This document shows positions 23,766 through 33,148 of a DNA stretch of 64,000 nt, one piece after another. The stretch's first letter is position 1. Every line of letters starts with the position of its first letter. The notes beneath the pieces were generated by a model, which was not told the DNA's origin, ran no database searches, and saw only the letters and a list, made by a program, of their open reading frames with translations. Where the stretch lies: contig CBDEFM010000002.1 in assembly GCA_965237415.1 (NCBI GenBank), forward strand, positions 3,712,001 through 3,776,000, written 5' to 3'. A program made the position numbers and the translations under genes. Source of the DNA: Alphaproteobacteria bacterium (GTDB taxonomy: Bacteria; Pseudomonadota; Alphaproteobacteria; UBA828).

Positions 23766-24632
23766 TCACGCGTCCTTGGCGCCGATGCGGGCGGCGATGG
23801 CCACGATCCGGTGCATCTCGCGAAGAACCGGCTTCTCGATGAGCTTGCCGTCGATGACCACCAGCCCGGTATCGGCTGCCTCGAACTCGGCGATGATGCG
23901 CCGTGCCCGGGCAATCCGGTCGGCCGAAGGTGTGAACACCGCGTTGAGCGCTTCGATTTGCTTGGGGTGCACCGCGCCCTTCCCGGAAAAGCCCAGATCC
24001 CGCGCCTGGATCGCGGCGCGCTTCATGCCGTCCAGGTCCTGAAGATCGAGATAAGGCACGTCGATCACATCCAGCCCGGCGCTGGCCGCGGCGTGGACCA
24101 CGCGCGAGCGGGCATAGAGCAGCGGCTCCCATTCGTTCCGGCAGCGCAGCTCGGCGGCCATGTCGACGCCGCCGAAGAACATCGCGTCGATGCGCGGGCT
24201 GCAATGGGCGATGTCATAGGCAGCCTCGAGCCCGGCATTGGTCTCGATGATCACGTGCAGGCGGGTGTCGTGGCCACGCTCGGTCAGCAGGTTGTCGAGC
24301 ATCGCCACCTCGTCCGGCGTGCGCACCTTGGGCATCATCAGCGCGGGCGGGGGCGTGTCCGTGGCCAGGACCGCCTGCACATCCGCAATGCCGAAGCCTT
24401 CACGCAGCGAGTTGATGCGGACGATCCGCTCGACCCCGTCATCGGCCTGCGGGCTCTCGAAGAGCTTCATCGCATTGGCCCGCGCCGCCGCTTTGTCTTT
24501 GGGCGCGATCCCGTCCTCGAGCTCGACACAGACGATATCCGCCCCGGTCGCCAGGGCTTTCGGAAACATCTCGGGCCGCAAGCCCGGCGTGAAGATGAAC
24601 GACCGGCGGGGGCGAATGCTGGGTGCAGGCAT
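23766..24632 (-). CDS. CitE-like CoA ester lyase
   Basis: RSFIFTPG, ELEDG, VRIN, IET..G, GK.AVHP.Q, GKLIE. Confidence 0.9.
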   Translation of the reverse strand: MPAPSIRPRRSFIFTPGLRPEMFPKALATGADIVCVELEDGIAPKDKAAARANAMKLFESPQADDGVERIVRINSLREGFGIADVQAVLATDTPPPALMMPKVRTPDEVAMLDNLLTERGHDTRLHVIIETNAGLEAAYDIAHCSPRIDAMFFGGVDMAAELRCRNEWEPLLYARSRVVHAAASAGLDVIDVPYLDLQDLDGMKRAAIQARDLGFSGKGAVHPKQIEALNAVFTPSADRIARARRIIAEFEAADTGLVVIDGKLIEKPVLREMHRIVAIAARIGAKDA

Positions 24633-24854
24633 GCGGGGATCTTCTCTGTCGTGCGGTCCGATGGATCAGTCGCCTCACCGGGCGGGGTTGTCAATCGATC
24701 GCTTCAACACATGGCCATTGCTGACCATCTGGATCTCGCAGAGTCGACACGCTGCGCTAAGCCGGGGATCCGCGCGTCGCCCCCGCTGCCGAGCTCGATA
24801 CACCACTCCCGGGACACAACTACCCCAACCAAACAGGCGGCTCTCGGCGGATGG

Positions 24855-25079
24855 CTACGAACAACATCCATTGCTGGCTTGTACCGGCGGACAGGGCACG
24901 GTCGCGTATGAACAATAAACGCAGCAGTCGCCTGGTTCGGGCTTCAAGAGCATCCCGCAATGACTGCAATCGTAGAACCACTGACAGGCGTCGGTCGGCA
25001 TCGTCTCCGTCTTGGAGTGACCGCACGCGGGGCAGGTGATGGTGCTCTCGAGTATCACTGCTGCCTGTTGCGCCACCAT
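24855..25079 (-). CDS. GDCCVxC domain-containing small Cys-rich protein
   Basis: STITCPACG...MPTDACQWFYDC..C...GDCCVYCSYATVPCPP. Confidence 0.88.
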   Translation of the reverse strand: MVAQQAAVILESTITCPACGHSKTETMPTDACQWFYDCSHCGMLLKPEPGDCCVYCSYATVPCPPVQASNGCCS

Positions 25080-25219
25080 ATCGCGCACCCCGTGATTGCA
25101 AGTTAGACCAGAAGCGTCGGGAGCAGGACCCGATCGGGATTTCCGCCATAGGCCGAAAGACCTGAGGCCGCGCGGGTCCTTCCCATGGACTACGGAGACA
25201 AGCTCACGCCGGAGGTTGA

Positions 25220-26215
25220 TCAGAGAGCGAAGGGGAGGTCCGCGCGGAAGCCGGCTGCGGCGTTCCTGGCCTGCGTCGCCGCGTCGTCGCCGTCCGGGAG
25301 AAGCGCGCAGAACGCATCGATCGCGGCATCGCCGAGCGGCACCCATTTCGCGAGCCAAGTCCGCGCCGCCTCGGCATTGGCGTCCTCGGCTGCGGCGAAG
25401 CGCGAGAGAGCCACCGACCAGCGCCTGGAGCGGTCGCTGTCGCGAAGCTGGGCGCCCATCAGAAGGCTCAGCAGGGTGTCGTCGCGACGTCGCGCGGCGG
25501 CGGCGAACTGACGGAGATAGGCCTCGTCGATCGCGGGCTTGGCGACCAGGTTGAGGGCCACGAACGCCTCCGCCCAGTCGAAGGTGACGAGGACGCGCTC
25601 CATCAGCTCGCGAAAGCCTTGCCACGCCGCATGACCCTCCCAATGGGCCCGTTCGTCACTCGCGAAACCGAGCGATGGATGACTGTTGGCGAGCTCTCGG
25701 GTGCGATAGGCGATGCGCGAAACCCAGCGGAGCGCGTCACCGGCCTGAAACATGAAGCAGTTCGCAATGGTGCTCGCCGGCGCCATGTGGACGTTGTAGG
25801 CCGAGGCCATCTGGACCGTGTGCATCAGATAGCGGCCGGGCGTGTAGAGCGTCGCGAGCGTCGGCAGCCAGTCTTCGGCAAGCCCCTCGTCATGGCGGAG
25901 CTCGTCATGCTCGTCCAAGAGCCCCTCGACATGCGCCTCCTGCCCGTCCTGCAGGATGTTGTAGGTTCGGTACACGAGTTCATCGGGATCGCGAAACGTA
26001 TCCCACGCCTCGTGCGTCCAGGGGCTCCCGGTACGATGCTTGCGGTACCAGTCGCTCATGAAGCCCTCGGGCGCGACTTCCCAAGGCATCTGGGGATGGT
26101 CCGTGCTCCACAGGAGATGGGTCGAGACGATCTCGTACTCGCTCGGCCGGCGCCGACGGTCGGCGAGATGACTCCATGTCCGCTGCGGTCCGAGTGCGTC
26201 CTGCTGATCGCTCAT
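25220..26215 (-). CDS. Soluble diiron monooxygenase hydroxylase beta subunit (TmoE/TouE-like)
   Basis: TWSHL..RRRPSEYEIVS, FRDPDELVYRTY...QDGQE, WQGFRELME. Confidence 0.92.
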   Translation of the reverse strand: MSDQQDALGPQRTWSHLADRRRRPSEYEIVSTHLLWSTDHPQMPWEVAPEGFMSDWYRKHRTGSPWTHEAWDTFRDPDELVYRTYNILQDGQEAHVEGLLDEHDELRHDEGLAEDWLPTLATLYTPGRYLMHTVQMASAYNVHMAPASTIANCFMFQAGDALRWVSRIAYRTRELANSHPSLGFASDERAHWEGHAAWQGFRELMERVLVTFDWAEAFVALNLVAKPAIDEAYLRQFAAAARRRDDTLLSLLMGAQLRDSDRSRRWSVALSRFAAAEDANAEAARTWLAKWVPLGDAAIDAFCALLPDGDDAATQARNAAAGFRADLPFAL

Positions 26216-26269
26216 CCTTCGCCCTCTCCCGCTGCCCTGCGGGCGCGGCCGCGTCGCCGACTGGCGGCC

Positions 26270-26587
26270 CTATAGAATCCTCTCGCGATAGAACCTGACA
26301 TGATCGGTGCTGGTCTCGATCTGGCCGGCGAACGCGCTCATGTCGATCTCGAGCTCCTGCATCTTGAACGGTCGGCCCAGCATGTCAGCGACCGTCTCGC
26401 GCCGGATGACGCACTCGCCTTCGATCTGCACGCGCACATAGGAGGCGCGCCGCTCGATCAGCACCTCCTTGTCCGGATTGTCCTCGCGGATCGCTTCGAT
26501 CACGGCTTCGGCGAGTTCGCCGGTCTGCAGCACCGGACCGACCAGGTTGTGCCGTGCGTCCGTACGGCCAACGATTTCGGCACTCAT
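26270..26587 (-). CDS. Monooxygenase effector protein (MmoB/DmpM family, TmoD-like)
   Basis: VGPVL, DNPDKEV, YVRV, LGRPF.MQELE, FAGQIE. Confidence 0.92.
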   Translation of the reverse strand: MSAEIVGRTDARHNLVGPVLQTGELAEAVIEAIREDNPDKEVLIERRASYVRVQIEGECVIRRETVADMLGRPFKMQELEIDMSAFAGQIETSTDHVRFYRERIL

Positions 26588-26624
26588 GGCTATCCCCGGC
26601 TCTTCGCGGCGGCACGTCCGCCGA

Positions 26625-26879
26625 TCATTCGAAATAGACCTCGACGGAGTTCATCGGCTCGAGCCCCGCCTCGGACGCCGTCATGTCGGCCGGAAAGGGC
26701 TCGTCATTGCCATGCAGGCGCACCCGCATGGCCTTGCCTGGCTGCGCTGCGATATGGACCCCGACGCAATTCTGGGCGGCGGCTTGGGCGACCTCCGCCA
26801 TGGTGCTCTCGGTGTCGGTCATGAAGAGCTTGAGGACGAAATCGCCCTCGAAGTTCGAGATGAGAGGCAAGTCCGCCAC
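26625..26879 (-). CDS. Hydroxylase gamma subunit (TmoB-like)
   Basis: P....FEGDFVLKL...TM.EVA.....VGVH...MT.SEAGL.PM; GTG start after AGAGGA. Confidence 0.88.
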   Translation of the reverse strand: MADLPLISNFEGDFVLKLFMTDTESTMAEVAQAAAQNCVGVHIAAQPGKAMRVRLHGNDEPFPADMTASEAGLEPMNSVEVYFE

Positions 26880-26908
26880 GGCCGTTCCTCTCTGACGCTT
26901 TGCCCGGG

Positions 26909-28402
26909 TCACGCCGTCTTGCGTTGGTCCCGATAGTGCTCGACCCACTTATATTGATGAGCGTCGTCGCCGCCCGGGCTCACCACGCCGATGCCCATGT
27001 AGTTCAGGACGCCTTCGAGCGAGGGCGGGTCGATCAGACCGCCGAGCAGGCGGTCGACGATGGTCATGTGGCTCTTGTAGCGCGCCGGATCCTGCTCGAA
27101 GACCCATTTGTCCACATGCGAACCGAAATGGTAGGTGCGCCCGTCCAGCGTGAGCGTCGTGTCTCCAAATCCCCCAAAGGGGCGGCCGACGATCGGCAGG
27201 TTGGACAGGTTGCACAGGATCGGCAGGGTGCCCGGAACGGTCTTTTCGGGCCGTCCGTTGAGCAGGTTGTCGATAATGACGTCCCAGACCTTGCCGAAGG
27301 AATCGTTCCAGCCCGGATACTTCTCCTCGAGCCATTCGCGCTCGTCCGGGCTCACCCCTGCGGCCGGCGACCACCAGATTGTCGGCCGCCATGACCAGGT
27401 GCCGAGCTGCTGCGCATGGTGATGCACGTCGAGCTCGCTGACGAAGAAATCCCAATACCACGGCTTCTCCAGACCGAGGTCCGTCAGGGCGCGCAGGAAC
27501 TGGGTGATGATCCACTCCTCCATGAACTCCTTGAAGGAGCCCTCACGCTGATCCAGCGGCAAGTAGTAGTCCATCGGCAGCCCGGTCAGGATCGCGAACA
27601 GCTTCCACGAGCGCCAGAAGGCGATGTCGATCAGCTTCTGCGCTTCTTCCTTCTTGCCGTTCTCGACCATGATCCGGAGCAGCGGCGTGCCGATCTGCGC
27701 GTGACGCGCCTCGTCGGACTGAATGCTCTGGATCAGCTTGGCGAAGCTGTAGTCGCCGGCCTTGGCCGCATCCGCCGCGAGGCCGATGAATTGCAGGTTG
27801 GTGTAGCCGGTCTCGAAGGCGAAGTTGAGCAGGATCGAGGTGGAGACCACGTCGCGCGTCATCATGGTGTCGTCGAAGAAATGCCGCGCGGCGATGACAC
27901 CCCAGTTGTTGGTGTGGAACGCCTGAACCGCCCAGTCGAACTGCCGGTCCTTGCTGATGTATTCGTGCGGGAAGTAAAGCTGGAGCTGCGTGTGTCTGAG
28001 CTCGTCGAGCATGCCAAAGGTCGCCATGTTGCGCATGCTCGGCGCCTTCGCGAAACGTACGAAACGGGCTTCCATCAGAGCGGCCGCGTATTCGACCAGC
28101 GCTATTGCGCCGTAGTGCTCCTTCAGGGTGTTGATCCAGCCCGGGTCGCCGTTCTCGTAGAGCTGCATCCGCTCGAGCGCGGCGCGCACCGAGTAGGCGC
28201 CGGCATCCTTCTGGCGCTGGATCTCGACATACTCGCGGAACGAGACCTTGTAGGGTTCGTCATAGCCTTCCCATGCTTCGTCCGGGATCCCCTCGCCGCC
28301 GCTCAGCGCGGTCGGGTAGAGCTCCTCCTGCGTGACGAATGACGGGGTCCAGTTGGTATCGCGGGCGAGGTCGTACCACTCGGAGCGGTCGAGTAGGGCC
28401 AT
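26909..28402 (-). CDS. Soluble diiron monooxygenase hydroxylase alpha subunit (TmoA/TouA-like)
   Basis: Two diiron motifs DELRH and DEARH, FETG.TN, WLEEKYPGW, YHS-like tail. Confidence 0.95.
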   Translation of the reverse strand: MALLDRSEWYDLARDTNWTPSFVTQEELYPTALSGGEGIPDEAWEGYDEPYKVSFREYVEIQRQKDAGAYSVRAALERMQLYENGDPGWINTLKEHYGAIALVEYAAALMEARFVRFAKAPSMRNMATFGMLDELRHTQLQLYFPHEYISKDRQFDWAVQAFHTNNWGVIAARHFFDDTMMTRDVVSTSILLNFAFETGYTNLQFIGLAADAAKAGDYSFAKLIQSIQSDEARHAQIGTPLLRIMVENGKKEEAQKLIDIAFWRSWKLFAILTGLPMDYYLPLDQREGSFKEFMEEWIITQFLRALTDLGLEKPWYWDFFVSELDVHHHAQQLGTWSWRPTIWWSPAAGVSPDEREWLEEKYPGWNDSFGKVWDVIIDNLLNGRPEKTVPGTLPILCNLSNLPIVGRPFGGFGDTTLTLDGRTYHFGSHVDKWVFEQDPARYKSHMTIVDRLLGGLIDPPSLEGVLNYMGIGVVSPGGDDAHQYKWVEHYRDQRKTA

Positions 28403-28702
28403 TCGTTCCTCCCTTCCCAGCGAAGTCGCCTTCGCTGCCTGCCGCTAGCTTCTCAATCCGATGGTGCGGTATGAGCGTGGCCCTTGCAAGCGCCAAATGG
28501 GTGCTGCTGGACCCCGGCGCCGGGCCGCGCCTCCTCGGTCGGCAACCCGAAACCGTCGCGCGCCCGCCGTGTCTTTCGATGCACTCCCCGGTTAGAGACA
28601 CCAGCAGGCGCGCAGGCCCTGCTAGGCAAGCCACGCGGATCCGGGGCGGAAGTCCGTGCCGTCGCGCCCTTTGATTGCGAGCAATGTTGGTCTCAGTGGT
28701 TG

Positions 28703-28758
28703 CCTGCCCCCGCAACCGATCAAGTCCCTGGAAATGACGGTATTTCCGGGGGCTTTCG
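28703..28758 (+). other. tRNA-fMet 3'-end fragment followed by a hairpin (relic att site)
   Basis: CCTGCCCCCGCAACC, then AAGTCCCTGGAAAT/ATTTCCGGGGGCTT stem. Confidence 0.5.
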
Positions 28759-29037
28759 AATTTGGGTCCGAATCTCAATCCGAGAAACGTAAGCGCTCCG
28801 TAAGCGGATTCAATCCAAGCCGTGCGCAGTTCCGCGTGGCTTTGTCGGTAGTGACCTGCCCCCATGGGGTGGTCCGCTTTGAATGTTAGTTGAGCGCTGT
28901 CGATCCGATGTCCGCGCCGCAGCGCCCAACGTCAGTCAGGCTTTGTATGTGAAACTCCTGCCGCAAGCTGGTGCCGGCCTTGGGTTGGAGATTTCAGGCG
29001 GCTAGGACCGGAGCCTCGTTTCCGCCAGGCAGTTTCG

Positions 29038-30198
29038 TCACTTCATCCACGAGAGCCCGCCGGCACGCCGATAGGGCCTGCCTCCGATCTGCGTGCCTGC
29101 GCCAACAGGGCCTGGTCGCTCGCGCCCGTCATCGGGTGCATCCGCCGCCAACCGGTTCGCACGAACGAAGGTCGCAAGCGAGGTCTCGAGCTCGCCGCGC
29201 GTCATGTCCCGTGCGATGAAGACGATGCGCGAACGCCGGTCATCGTCCGGCCACCGCTCGAGGTGAATTGGGGGGTGGATGATGTGCTGGACCCCGTTTA
29301 TGACGACCGGGCCATCGAGCCCCGGCACGTCGACGATCCCCTTCACGCGCAGTACGTCCTCGCCGCGACCGTGTAGCAGCATGGTGAGCCATACGCAGAA
29401 CGCCGCCCAGTCGATCGGCTCGTCGAACACCAGGCACGAGGCGGCGATATGCTCGTCGTGCCGGTTGACGTCGAGAGGGCGGTGATGGAGATGGGACGCC
29501 GAGTCCGCCGCGTCGTATGCCTCCTCATCCAGCCACGCACGGATATCTTTCGGCCTCTCGTCGGGGCTGTCGTCCTCACCGCCGAGCAACGCGTCGGGCC
29601 GAAACGCCGGCGACGGCGCGGTGACGATCGGGGCGGAGGGGTTGATGCGTCGGAGCCGCTCGGTCAGCCGGCTAACCGCAGCGGATGGCGCGAGATCGCA
29701 CTTGGTAATGACGATGCAGTCGGCCACGGCCGCCTGCTTGGCCGCTTCCGGCTGGCGGGCCAAGTGCGTCTCGCCGTTTACGGCGTCCATAGTGGTAATG
29801 ATCCGGACCAACCTGAACGCATTGTCGACGACGGGCTCCGTCATCAGCGTGTGGAGAATGGGAACCGGATCCGCAAGGCCCGTCGTCTCGATGAACAGGC
29901 GCGCAAAGGGCGGAATTGTGCCACCTGCTCGCCGATCCAGTAGATCGCGCATGGCCTTTCCGAGGTCGTCGCGAATGGTGCAACAGATGCATCCGTTCGC
30001 CAGCATGACGAGATCCTCGTCGGCGTATTCAACGAGATGGTGATCGATCCCGATCTCGCCGAACTCGTTAACGAGAACCGCGGCGTCGGAAAGCTCGGGG
30101 AAGGTGAGGAGCCGCTGAAGGAGCGTGGTCTTCCCGCTGCCGAGAAAGCCGGTGAGCACGACCACCGGAATTGGGCCTGGCAGGGGGCGGCCGCTCAT
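29038..30198 (-). CDS. CobW/COG0523 metallochaperone GTPase
   Basis: TGFLGSGKTT, NEFG, GCICC, ETTGLADP, RVKG. Confidence 0.93.
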   Translation of the reverse strand: MSGRPLPGPIPVVVLTGFLGSGKTTLLQRLLTFPELSDAAVLVNEFGEIGIDHHLVEYADEDLVMLANGCICCTIRDDLGKAMRDLLDRRAGGTIPPFARLFIETTGLADPVPILHTLMTEPVVDNAFRLVRIITTMDAVNGETHLARQPEAAKQAAVADCIVITKCDLAPSAAVSRLTERLRRINPSAPIVTAPSPAFRPDALLGGEDDSPDERPKDIRAWLDEEAYDAADSASHLHHRPLDVNRHDEHIAASCLVFDEPIDWAAFCVWLTMLLHGRGEDVLRVKGIVDVPGLDGPVVINGVQHIIHPPIHLERWPDDDRRSRIVFIARDMTRGELETSLATFVRANRLAADAPDDGRERPGPVGAGTQIGGRPYRRAGGLSWMK

Positions 30199-30494
30199 GG
30201 TGCAGCGAGCTCGGCCAGCAGTGCTCGATCCAACGGGGTGCAGCGCGCACCACGCGCCTCCTCGACCTTCGCCCAGAGCGCAGAAAGGTTCTCGGCCAGT
30301 AGCGACGGCATGCCCTTTCCGGTGAGTAGGTAACCGTCGCTACCCCAGGCCCTCACTTCCATCTCGTAGTGGCGCAGGACTCTGTTGAGCAACCTGATCC
30401 GGGCGCCGCGCTCGCGCTGCCCGGATCGGGTGGCGTCCCCGCCAGTGTCAGCCCAATGCCGTCCGCCAATCAGGCCGCCGCACAACGCGCACAT
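30195..30494 (-). CDS. Small CxxC protein overlapping the CobW-family gene start
   Basis: MCALCG...HWAD; ATGA overlap. Confidence 0.7.
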   Translation of the reverse strand: MCALCGGLIGGRHWADTGGDATRSGQRERGARIRLLNRVLRHYEMEVRAWGSDGYLLTGKGMPSLLAENLSALWAKVEEARGARCTPLDRALLAELAAP

Positions 30495-30560
30495 GGCTTC
30501 TCCCTACCGGTACCGCGCAAGCCGGGCCTCACGATAACCGCTCGGCGCGCAGGTAGACAG

Positions 30561-31496
30561 CTAGTCGGCTGCACCGGGCACCGGAATATCCGGGATGCGG
30601 CCGTCCTTGATTGGCAAGGTGTGCACCCGCGGCGCATAGGAGTCCTCGTCGATCAGCTTGCGGGTGTGAGTGGCGACCTCTTCCAGTGTCGCGAACCACA
30701 CCTCGCCCTTGTCCTGCATGTCCTCGATGATGGTCGCGATCGAGTCCAGGCGTGCGATGCGGCCCGAGACGAAGGGATGCCAAATGCACTGCCAGAAGGC
30801 CTTGTACTTCCACGCCGCCTCGAACTCGGACATGAAGACTTCCTTGGCCCGGTGGGGCGCCGAGATCGGCATCATGTAGTCGAGATCGCCACTGTGTTCG
30901 TAGTGCGGCCAATCGTCGAGCGACCACTTGACGGGAATCTCGATCAGCTCGCGCCCCGAGCGGTCCTTGATGACGTAAGGCACGTCGTCGCCGAGGAGCG
31001 AGGAATCGTAGAGGAAGCCGGCTTCCGTCAGGATATCGGTGGTGTGCTTCGAATAGGCTCCCCAAGGTGCCCGATAGCCGGCCGGCTTCTTGCCCGTCGC
31101 GCGCTCGATGATGTCGGTGGAGCGCTGGGTCCAATAAGTTTCCCGCTCCTTCGTGAACGTGTTCGGCAGTTCGTGCATGTAGCCGTGATGGGCGATCTCG
31201 TGCCCTCCTTCGAGCATCCGCTCGACCGCAGCGGGATGTTCCTCGATGCACCAGGCCGGGACGAAGAAGGAGACCTTGAGGCCATAGCTTTCGAAGACCC
31301 GGCAGATCCGCGGCATGGCGACCTCGGCGCCGAACCTGAGATCGGTCATTGTCGCCACGCGGGTGTCCGCATCGTCGGGGTGGGCCAGGTGCAGGATGCT
31401 GTCGGCATCCATGTCCCACGTGAAGCTCACTGCGCAGCGCGCGCCGTTGGGCCAGGGGACGGGGTTTTCGACCATCGTAAAGTTGCCACGTGCCAT
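30561..31496 (-). CDS. Polysaccharide deacetylase family (CE4, PuuE/PgdA-like)
   Basis: WPNGARCAV, HEIAHHGYMH, GYRAP, YDSS, LDDW, HPFVSG. Confidence 0.9.
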   Translation of the reverse strand: MARGNFTMVENPVPWPNGARCAVSFTWDMDADSILHLAHPDDADTRVATMTDLRFGAEVAMPRICRVFESYGLKVSFFVPAWCIEEHPAAVERMLEGGHEIAHHGYMHELPNTFTKERETYWTQRSTDIIERATGKKPAGYRAPWGAYSKHTTDILTEAGFLYDSSLLGDDVPYVIKDRSGRELIEIPVKWSLDDWPHYEHSGDLDYMMPISAPHRAKEVFMSEFEAAWKYKAFWQCIWHPFVSGRIARLDSIATIIEDMQDKGEVWFATLEEVATHTRKLIDEDSYAPRVHTLPIKDGRIPDIPVPGAAD

Positions 31497-31529
31497 CGTT
31501 GGATCCTCCCTTCGTATTCTTGACTTGCC

Positions 31530-32306
31530 CTACCCGCGGTAGCGGGATGCGCGGAACGCGATCAGGCTTGCGCCGATCGTCATCGTGATAAGGACGATCG
31601 CCGCGACGTTGATCTGCGGATTGACTCCCTTGCGCATGAGCCCCCACATATAAACCGGCAACGTGCTGCCGCCGCCGATGGTGAAGAAGGTGAGCACGAA
31701 GTCGTCGATCGAGAGCGCCATAGCGACCAGCGCACCACCGATGATGGACGGGCGCACGATCGGAAGCGTCACGGTGAGGAACGCCTTTAGCGGCGAGGCG
31801 CCGAGGTCGCGCGCACTGTCTACGGCCGAATGGTCGAAGGCTGCCATGCGTGCGTGCACGATGAGGATCACGAACGGCTGGGTGAAGACCAGGTGGCCTG
31901 CGGTCACAGTCGGCAGGCCGAACTTGAGACCCAGCATCGAGTAGTAGTTCGCGAGCGCGATCGCGAGCACCAGCGGTGGCAGCATCACTGGGAGCGTCAG
32001 CGCCGACATTACCACCGTCGCAGTCTGCGCCTGCATGCGGGAGAGCGCCGCGGCCGCCATGGTGCCGACCACCGTGGAGACCAGGCCCACGGTGCCGGTG
32101 ACGATCATGCTTTTCTCGAAGGCAATCCAAAATTTCGGATTCTCGTAGACCTTGACGAACCACTCGGTGGTGAGCCCGGTGATCGGGAAGGTGAGCAGCG
32201 ACTTGTCGCTGAATGCGAAGAGCACGAGCAGGACCAGCGGCGACAGCATGAAGATGACCGTGAGCGCCGCGATGATCCGCCACGTGAGCGTTCGGGCATC
32301 GGTCAT
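31530..32306 (-). CDS. ABC permease (PotC-like)
   Basis: DSARDLGA EAA-like loop, SIDDF, TLP. Confidence 0.9.
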   Translation of the reverse strand: MTDARTLTWRIIAALTVIFMLSPLVLLVLFAFSDKSLLTFPITGLTTEWFVKVYENPKFWIAFEKSMIVTGTVGLVSTVVGTMAAAALSRMQAQTATVVMSALTLPVMLPPLVLAIALANYYSMLGLKFGLPTVTAGHLVFTQPFVILIVHARMAAFDHSAVDSARDLGASPLKAFLTVTLPIVRPSIIGGALVAMALSIDDFVLTFFTIGGGSTLPVYMWGLMRKGVNPQINVAAIVLITMTIGASLIAFRASRYRG

Positions 32307-33148
32307 CGTGGCCGCAACGCTCCGCGCAGGATCAACGCCACGAATCCGACGATGACAACGCAGATGGCGATGACCGTGAACGCCATCGCCGAGCCCATCG
32401 CCGGGTTCGTGCGGCTTCCGTATTGGTATTCGATGAACGTGCCGATCATCGAGGTGTGCGGTCCGCCTACCAGCTTCGGTGTCACCCAGTCGCCCGCGGC
32501 GAACAGGAAGGTGAGGGCGAAGGCGACGACGAGGCCAATCCGGCACTGCGGCAGGATGATGTCCCAGAAGACGCGGAAGGGGCCCGCGCCCAGATCGCGG
32601 GCGCCGCGCAGCGGATCGTCGTCGACCGTCCGCAGCGCGCCGTAGATCGGCAGCACCGCGAGCGGCAGCGTGTAGTGCGTGAGCGTGATGACGACGGCGA
32701 TCGGACTGTAGAGGAGGGCGGTGATCGGCTCGTCAATCAGCCCGAGCGACATCAAGGCCGTGTTGAGGAGGCCGCTCTGACCGAGGATCGTCTTCCAGAC
32801 GTAGATCTTCGCGAGATAGCCGCCGAACAGGGTGACAAGGGCCACGAACAGGAGCGGCAGCCCGAAGCGCCCGGCCTTGAAGCGGATCACATAGGCGAAC
32901 GCGAAGGCTATGGCGGTGGTGACGGCCGCGATCAGCGTCGCCTGGCCGAACGTGAAGATGAGCGATATCGAGTATTCGTCGAAGACACGGATGTAATTGT
33001 CGGGGATGAAGTCGGGGACGACGGAGAAGGCCTTCTTGCGCCAGAAGCTGACCGCGAAGAAGTAGACCAGCGGCGCGGCGAAGATCAGCATGAACACCGC
33101 GACCGACGGCAGCAGCAGCCAATTCCTCGATACGTTCCCCCTTATCAT
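32303..33148 (-). CDS. ABC permease (PotB-like)
   Basis: GLLN.AL..LGLI, ARDLGA, P.LVGG. Confidence 0.9.
   Translation of the reverse strand: MIRGNVSRNWLLLPSVAVFMLIFAAPLVYFFAVSFWRKKAFSVVPDFIPDNYIRVFDEYSISLIFTFGQATLIAAVTTAIAFAFAYVIRFKAGRFGLPLLFVALVTLFGGYLAKIYVWKTILGQSGLLNTALMSLGLIDEPITALLYSPIAVVITLTHYTLPLAVLPIYGALRTVDDDPLRGARDLGAGPFRVFWDIILPQCRIGLVVAFALTFLFAAGDWVTPKLVGGPHTSMIGTFIEYQYGSRTNPAMGSAMAFTVIAICVVIVGFVALILRGALRPR

Noticed and set aside
28470-28980. Sigma54 promoter candidates upstream of the monooxygenase
   Set aside because: GG-to-GC spacing is wrong in each candidate; the best, near 28963, has N9 rather than N10.
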